NCBI RefSeq assembly: GCF_009914755.1
Contig: NC_060932.1
Strand: one strand, 5' to 3'
DNA: 64,000 nucleotides
DNA from: the human T2T-CHM13v2.0 reference genome, Homo sapiens
Translations under genes and position numbers: made by a program
Part shown: positions 58,632 through 64,000 of the stretch, in pieces
Position numbering within the stretch: the first letter of the stretch is position 1
Layout of the letters: each line of letters opens with the position of its first letter
Notes under the pieces: generated by a model
The model's database searches: none
What the model was told of the DNA's origin: nothing
Seen by the model: only the letters and a program-made list of their open reading frames with translations

Positions 58632-58945
58632 GGCAGGGCATGGTGGCTCACGCCTATAATCCCAGCAATTTGGGAGGCCAAGGTGGGCTGATCACTTGAA
58701 GCTAAGAGTTCAAAAGCAGCCGGGCTAACATGGGGAAAGCCTGTCTCTGCTAAAAATACAAAAATTACACTAGCTGTGGTGGCACATGCCTGTAATCGAA
58801 GCTACTCAGGAGGCTGAAGCATGAGAATTGCTTGAGTCTAGGAGGCAGAGGTTGCAGTGAGCTAATACCATGCTGCTGCACTCTAGCCTGGATGACACAA
58901 AAAGATTGTCTCAAACACAAAATACATAAATGAATAAAAGAAAAC
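58632..58945 (+). mobile_element. Alu (old S or Jb type)
   Basis: Full dimer ggcagggcatggtggctcacgcc...ctctagcctggatgac followed by an A-rich tail. Confidence 0.93.
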
Positions 58946-60358
58946 TTAAGTGATCTTTGCTTATTAATTAATGTGAGATTAGAGATTCATTTATAGTCAC
59001 TCCCTTTGATGTTTCCTTCTAACAGCAAAGGTAGGAGTGGGTTAGAGAACATTAAAAGGCAATATCTTTTAAATAATCAAATATAATGTGACAATGTTCT
59101 CAAACTTTGAAGGGTGCAAAATTCATAGATAAATACTAAATAATAGATGTACTTATTTTTAGGTAGGATGCGCAGCCAAAATATAATACATTCAGCCAAG
59201 TTTTTGTTTATTTGTTTGTATTTGCCCTGAAATCTTATACTCTAATTACCCCTTTTTAAGGGCCAGAAGGAAAAGGGATGGGTAGAGCCATTTCTCAGCA
59301 TTGTCAGTTATATGAAGTTTATTGTACAGAGTCATAAAAAACAGTGGACATTTGGGTTCATGTTTAAGCAGATACAAAATAGCAGTAAAGGATTTCATGT
59401 ATGAAGCAGGCTGTGTTAGAGACAGGATTTATTTCAGAAAAGCTGACCCCTAAGAAAGGAAAACTATATCTTATAGGAAAAGCAAACAAATTATTTAATT
59501 TGGGGACTTTGTTTTCCCTAAAAATAAAATTTGAAAATAGCCTAAACTGATAGAAGCAAACATGCCCTGTGGAGAAAATTGTATTATTATCTGTTCAAGA
59601 TACACTTGTGTATTTATAAACACGTGGAATGAGGTCAAGAGGTTTCTGCCAACAGGGAGCCAGTTTAGTTTCCAAGACATAAACTTTTTCAGTTAGTTAC
59701 AATAGGAGCAGAGGTTACCAATTTAAACTTTCTATTGTATAGAAAAAGTCAATTCTAAATCATGTAGTGCATTGAGCAGAGAACCATTCAAACGTAGCAG
59801 GGCAGCAGGAAAGAAATCACGTATTGCTTAGTTCTCGGGATATAGATTTCCTCCTCCCGAAAATATTCCCTGATGTTTCTAGTTAGCATTAGGTGACCCT
59901 TCTCTCTGGGCCCATAAAATCCTGAATTACTCAAAATGCATTTATTAAACTTTATCAAAATTACCTTTTAAGTGGTCTCTATCGTGCATTTGGCTGAATT
60001 CCTGAAAACAGTAAGGCTGCTTGTCTTGGGAGTAGGAATGGGAGTTGTTTATATCCAAGAGTTGAGTGGATAGGTCAGTAAGTCATAAAATTATGTTCTC
60101 CTCCCTTCCCATATTTCCTTGTAGTGTTCATCAGCTTCCACTTTATAGATATGTGCAGCCACTAAGGCTCATACCTGAGGGGTAAGATCAATGTAGCACA
60201 AATTTCTATCAGGACAAGGAATTGATGCAACAGGTACTTCTCTTAAGCATTCATTTCCACATTGCCTTCTCCTGAAAATTAGAGCTCACAGATTAAAACT
60301 TAAGGGGTTTGTCTACTGTACTGGTGCTTCTTCCTCATGCTCTAAAGACAGAACCTAT

Positions 60359-60753
60359 TGTTTTAATCCATTCCCACAGCCATGAAAAAAATCTGTGACT
60401 GGATAATTTATATTGAATAGAAATTTATTTCTCACAGTTCACTCAGCTGGGAAGTCCAAGATCAAGGCACCGGCAGGTCCAGTTGGCTGATGAAGGCTGC
60501 TCTTTGTTTCTAAGATGGTGTTTTTTTGTTGCATTGTCTGAATAACACAGGGTCCTCATGTGGCAGAAGAACAGAAGAGAGTGAATTAAACACTGTGTAT
60601 TCACTGACCTCTTTTATAAAGATTTTAATCCCATTCAGGAGAGAGGAGCCCTCATGGCTTAATCAGCTCTTAAAGGCCCCACCTCTTAATATTATCATGT
60701 TAAACATTATATTTCAACGCTTGAATTTTGTAGGGATACATTCAAACCATAGC
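60359..60753 (-). mobile_element. MaLR solo LTR (MSTD-like)
   Basis: aaatttatttctcacagttc...gctgggaagtccaagatcaaggcaccggcagg...ctcttaaaggccccacctcttaata...cattcaaaccatagc. Confidence 0.88.
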
Positions 60754-61219
60754 GCCTATCCAGAGGTCTTCTGTGGTAGAGTAATTAGCAGTGTATCTTG
60801 GATGCCTGGGATACACTGAGAGACAATGCTTACATACTTCTTATGTCACTAATGGGCCAAAGGCTGGACTAGAATCTATCCATTAGCCATTGCATGACAT
60901 TTATTATTTACAGAGTAACTGATGGTGAAAGAAATGTGAGCCCACAAGCTAAGCTCCTAGATATCTCTAAAGTACAACTGATGCATGAGAAACACAACAT
61001 GCTAACATTTAACTAATGATAAAGATAATGAAAGAGATAAAACACAAACTTAAGTATATCTGATGTATAAGATAGAGATGTAAGACAAGATATTCACATG
61101 TAACAAGAACAATAATATTTTAAAAAGCCAGGTGGAAATGTGAAGTCTGAAAAATATAATACTTAAAATAAAATGGTTTTAAAAGCTCAATAAGTGGATT
61201 GATATTGGAGAATGCATAG

Positions 61220-61990
61220 TTTTTCTGGAATATTCTTTTATTCCTCTCTCTAGACCCGATATCCAGAGTTGTCCACCTTGTTCTTACTCTTTGAATTATG
61301 TCCTCCAAAAATGTACCCTCTTACTTTTTCTCAGCAGGAATTGAGTTTCATAGCAGGATCTCAGAGGAAGAAGAGATGATTCATACATTTCTGTGGCTCA
61401 TTTACTGCCTACAACAGTTCTTCAATGGCCGTTTTCCTTTATTAAATTAGACTGGGTTCTGGTAACTACTCCCTTACCTTGTCTCCTCAGGTACCGAGCT
61501 AGCTGTTACCACAACTAGGGTGCTCCACCATGCCTATTGCTTCCCTTAACCTTGTCTACACTTTTGAAAGTGGTCCCTTCATTATACTATGTTCAATCAC
61601 CTCTTGGAAGATACGCTTATTGGCATCTTGGGGCTCCACCAATATATTAGATGGTATCTTTAGTGACCCAGGAAACAGTCCTTGAAAATAGAATTTTGAG
61701 ATTTCGGTTTTACACATCTGAAGAGTTCATGGGTTACCTCCTTACTGGGGAAAATGGACACTTTAAACCATCCACAGAGTGGCATGAGATGAAATCCAAG
61801 TGGAAGACAAGGTGATGGGAGAAACCAAATGTCTGAGGCACTTGGATAGTGTGGTGACACAGTAGTTTAAAAGATTGTAATGAGTTGCTGCTGCATGTGC
61901 TGGCCCTAGAAAGAATACACAGAGTAAAGGCAAATTTAAGTCATGCTGGTTTTATGGCTGCCTTGCTTGTCTGTGGCTATCTCACGTAGC
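61220..61990 (+). mobile_element. ERVL LTR (LTR33-like, to ~61640) plus probable adjacent internal sequence
   Basis: ggtaactactccctt...ttgcttcccttaacctt...cacttttgaaagtggtcccttcatta; then tggta...gtgacccaggaaacag resembling an ERVL internal start. Confidence 0.55.
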
Positions 61991-62434
61991 TGTTGAAAAG
62001 ATATGACTGAGGGTTATGAGTCTTCATGGCATTTTAACTGAAGCTTGAAAACCAAAATAGCCTAAACTCAATAAGGATAAAATTTTACATATTCTCAAAT
62101 TCTAATGTGCATATGAATTATTGGTATTGGTCAGTAGTTTTGATCCTGAGATTTTTCATTTCTAACAAGATACCAGGGATTATCATGGTTGCTGAACTAC
62201 AAACTACAAAACTGTAGTGGAAACAGTCCAAAGATGCAGAGCAGGGGAATGTTAATTTGGAACTTTCATATGCAATCTACTCAGCTTCTCTTCCCTAATC
62301 ATTCCTCCCATTTAAATGATGGTTTAATTACTTGTTTTTTCTCGTTTTTCTTTCATCTTTCATCTTGCAGATATCTCACATCCCTGACCACTTATTTCTC
62401 CAAATTAAGAAATGATCTTTGCTCATATCATTGC

Positions 62435-62516
62435 TATATATATATATACACAAAAAAATATATATGAATGTATGTATATCTTTTTGTATGTATATATACA
62501 TATATACACGCACATA

Positions 62517-62551
<35 letters not shown>

Positions 62552-62552
62552 G
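62435..62552. repeat. Compound (TA/TG/CA) microsatellite
   Basis: Direct reading of the sequence. Confidence 0.85.
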
Positions 62553-62619
62553 TTAGAATAGTAAAAATAAGGTGAAGTGAAGGAAGTAGATGATATCCAT
62601 GACGTTTAAGATTAGATGT

Positions 62620-62883
62620 GCACAGCAACTCAGGAGGCCGACAGGAGAATTTCTTGAGGCCAGGAGTTCAATACCAGCTTCTGCAACATAGCGAGACTCT
62701 GTCTCTACTAAAGAATAAAAACTTACCAAATATGATGGTTTGTGCTTGTAGTCCCAGCTACTCAGAAGGCTGAGGTGGGAGGGTCACCTGAGCCCAAGAG
62801 ATTGAGGTTGCAGCGAGCTATGATCATTCTACTGTACTCCAGCCTGGGCAACAAAGTGAGATCCTGAGTTAAAGAAAAAAAAA
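62620..62883 (+). mobile_element. AluJ, 5'-truncated
   Basis: ttgaggccaggagttcaataccagc...gcaacatagcgagac...gagctatgatc...ctccagcctgggcaacaaagtgaga. Confidence 0.9.
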
Positions 62884-63309
62884 TTACATGTTCCAAACTG
62901 AAAATCACAACTAAGGGAATAGTACAAGAAGGTAAACAAAGCATCCGTGCATGAAATATAGTTAAATAGGCACAATTTAATTGAGTTTTGTATACTGCAT
63001 CATAATGAATATATGTGCTGTAAAAATAAAATACAATAAAGCTGATACTGGAAATTCCAGATTACAATTTCTGACATATGAAGTCTGTACATTGTTTTTT
63101 CTTAAAGCCTCATTGACATAACTTTATTTAGATCTGCTATGACCTCTTAATAAAGGGCACTTTATATCTTTGACATTTAGAAATAAACTACAATTCTTAT
63201 ATTAATAAGGTAAAGTTTTCTTTATCTTATTGGAAATAACCACATTGTTCCCAATAATTCGTTTTTGTTCTCAGCCTCCCTTTGAAGTTTCTAATAGAAC
63301 ACAAGTAAG

Positions 63310-63520
63310 ACTGTATAATGTAGAGATCTGGTGTCAAATTGTCTAGGCTTAAATCTTGGCTCTGTATTATGTTCTTTTACTTTAAAAAGTGACCTAACCT
63401 CTCTGGGCTTCAGTGTTTCTATCTGAAAAATGGGGATAATAACTGACTAATCCGTTTTTTAAAAAATTAGTGGAAGTACATAAAAACTACTTAAGATAGT
63501 GTTTAACACACAATGTTCAC
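63310..63520 (+). mobile_element. MIR
   Basis: gacctaacctctctgggcttcagtgtttctatctgaaaaatggggataataa. Confidence 0.75.
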
Positions 63521-64000
63521 TTTGTAAATCTACAATATTTTGGCACTATGATACCTGCTGGTAACACAAGGATGAAATGAAATAAGTTCTGTTCTGATTT
63601 ATGGATTCTTGGAGAGCAAGATGTATTGTAGGTACAAACCAATATACTGGATGGAGAGGAGTCAAGTCTGAGTCAATACTGAGATGTTGAACGTAGCTCA
63701 GTGGAAAACTTTCCTGTTGGCTAGTAAAATGGATGAAGAAATCTATGCTGAAAATAATAAGAGGCAGACAGCATTACTGTTTCCCATCGTTGATTTCAGA
63801 GAGGAATGAGGACTGTAGTTTGCAACAAGCTTTGAAAAACCATTATTATCTTAAATATATGAAATTCAAACAATACATGTGCTGGTTGGTTTAATACATA
63901 TAAAAAATTAATAGGAAATGCCTTGTCCCACAGTTCCAAAGAACCAATATTCTATAATTTTTTTCACAATGTTTGAACTTAATGACTTAGATATATAGAT

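Noticed and set aside
59410-59705. Possible LTR remnant (tg...ca ends)
   Set aside because: I could not match it to a family with enough confidence to list it as a feature.

Overview
AT-rich, repeat-dense simian primate DNA, very likely human (AluJ/S/Y, L1PA, MaLR, MER elements). It looks intergenic or deep intronic. I cannot place the locus, and I find no credible cellular protein-coding exon, RNA gene or CRISPR array. The ORF track is explained by decayed L1 ORF1/ORF2 pieces, Alu antisense frames, microsatellites and chance ORFs. Much of the window is recognisable interspersed repeat. Family and subfamily names come from my recollection of consensus sequences, not from a search. The most notable observations are: (1) a perfect, spacer-less 80-bp palindrome in unique sequence (44767-44846); (2) a Tigger13-type DNA transposon that still carries about 0.7 kb of a decayed pogo/Tigger transposase, which I do not recall in the short non-autonomous consensus (9007-10445); (3) several structurally unusual L1 copies (microhomology-mediated ORF2 deletion, twin-primed inversion with a large gap, and a three-part chimeric breakpoint). 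I found no convincing new functional biological system. These are structural and evolutionary leads.
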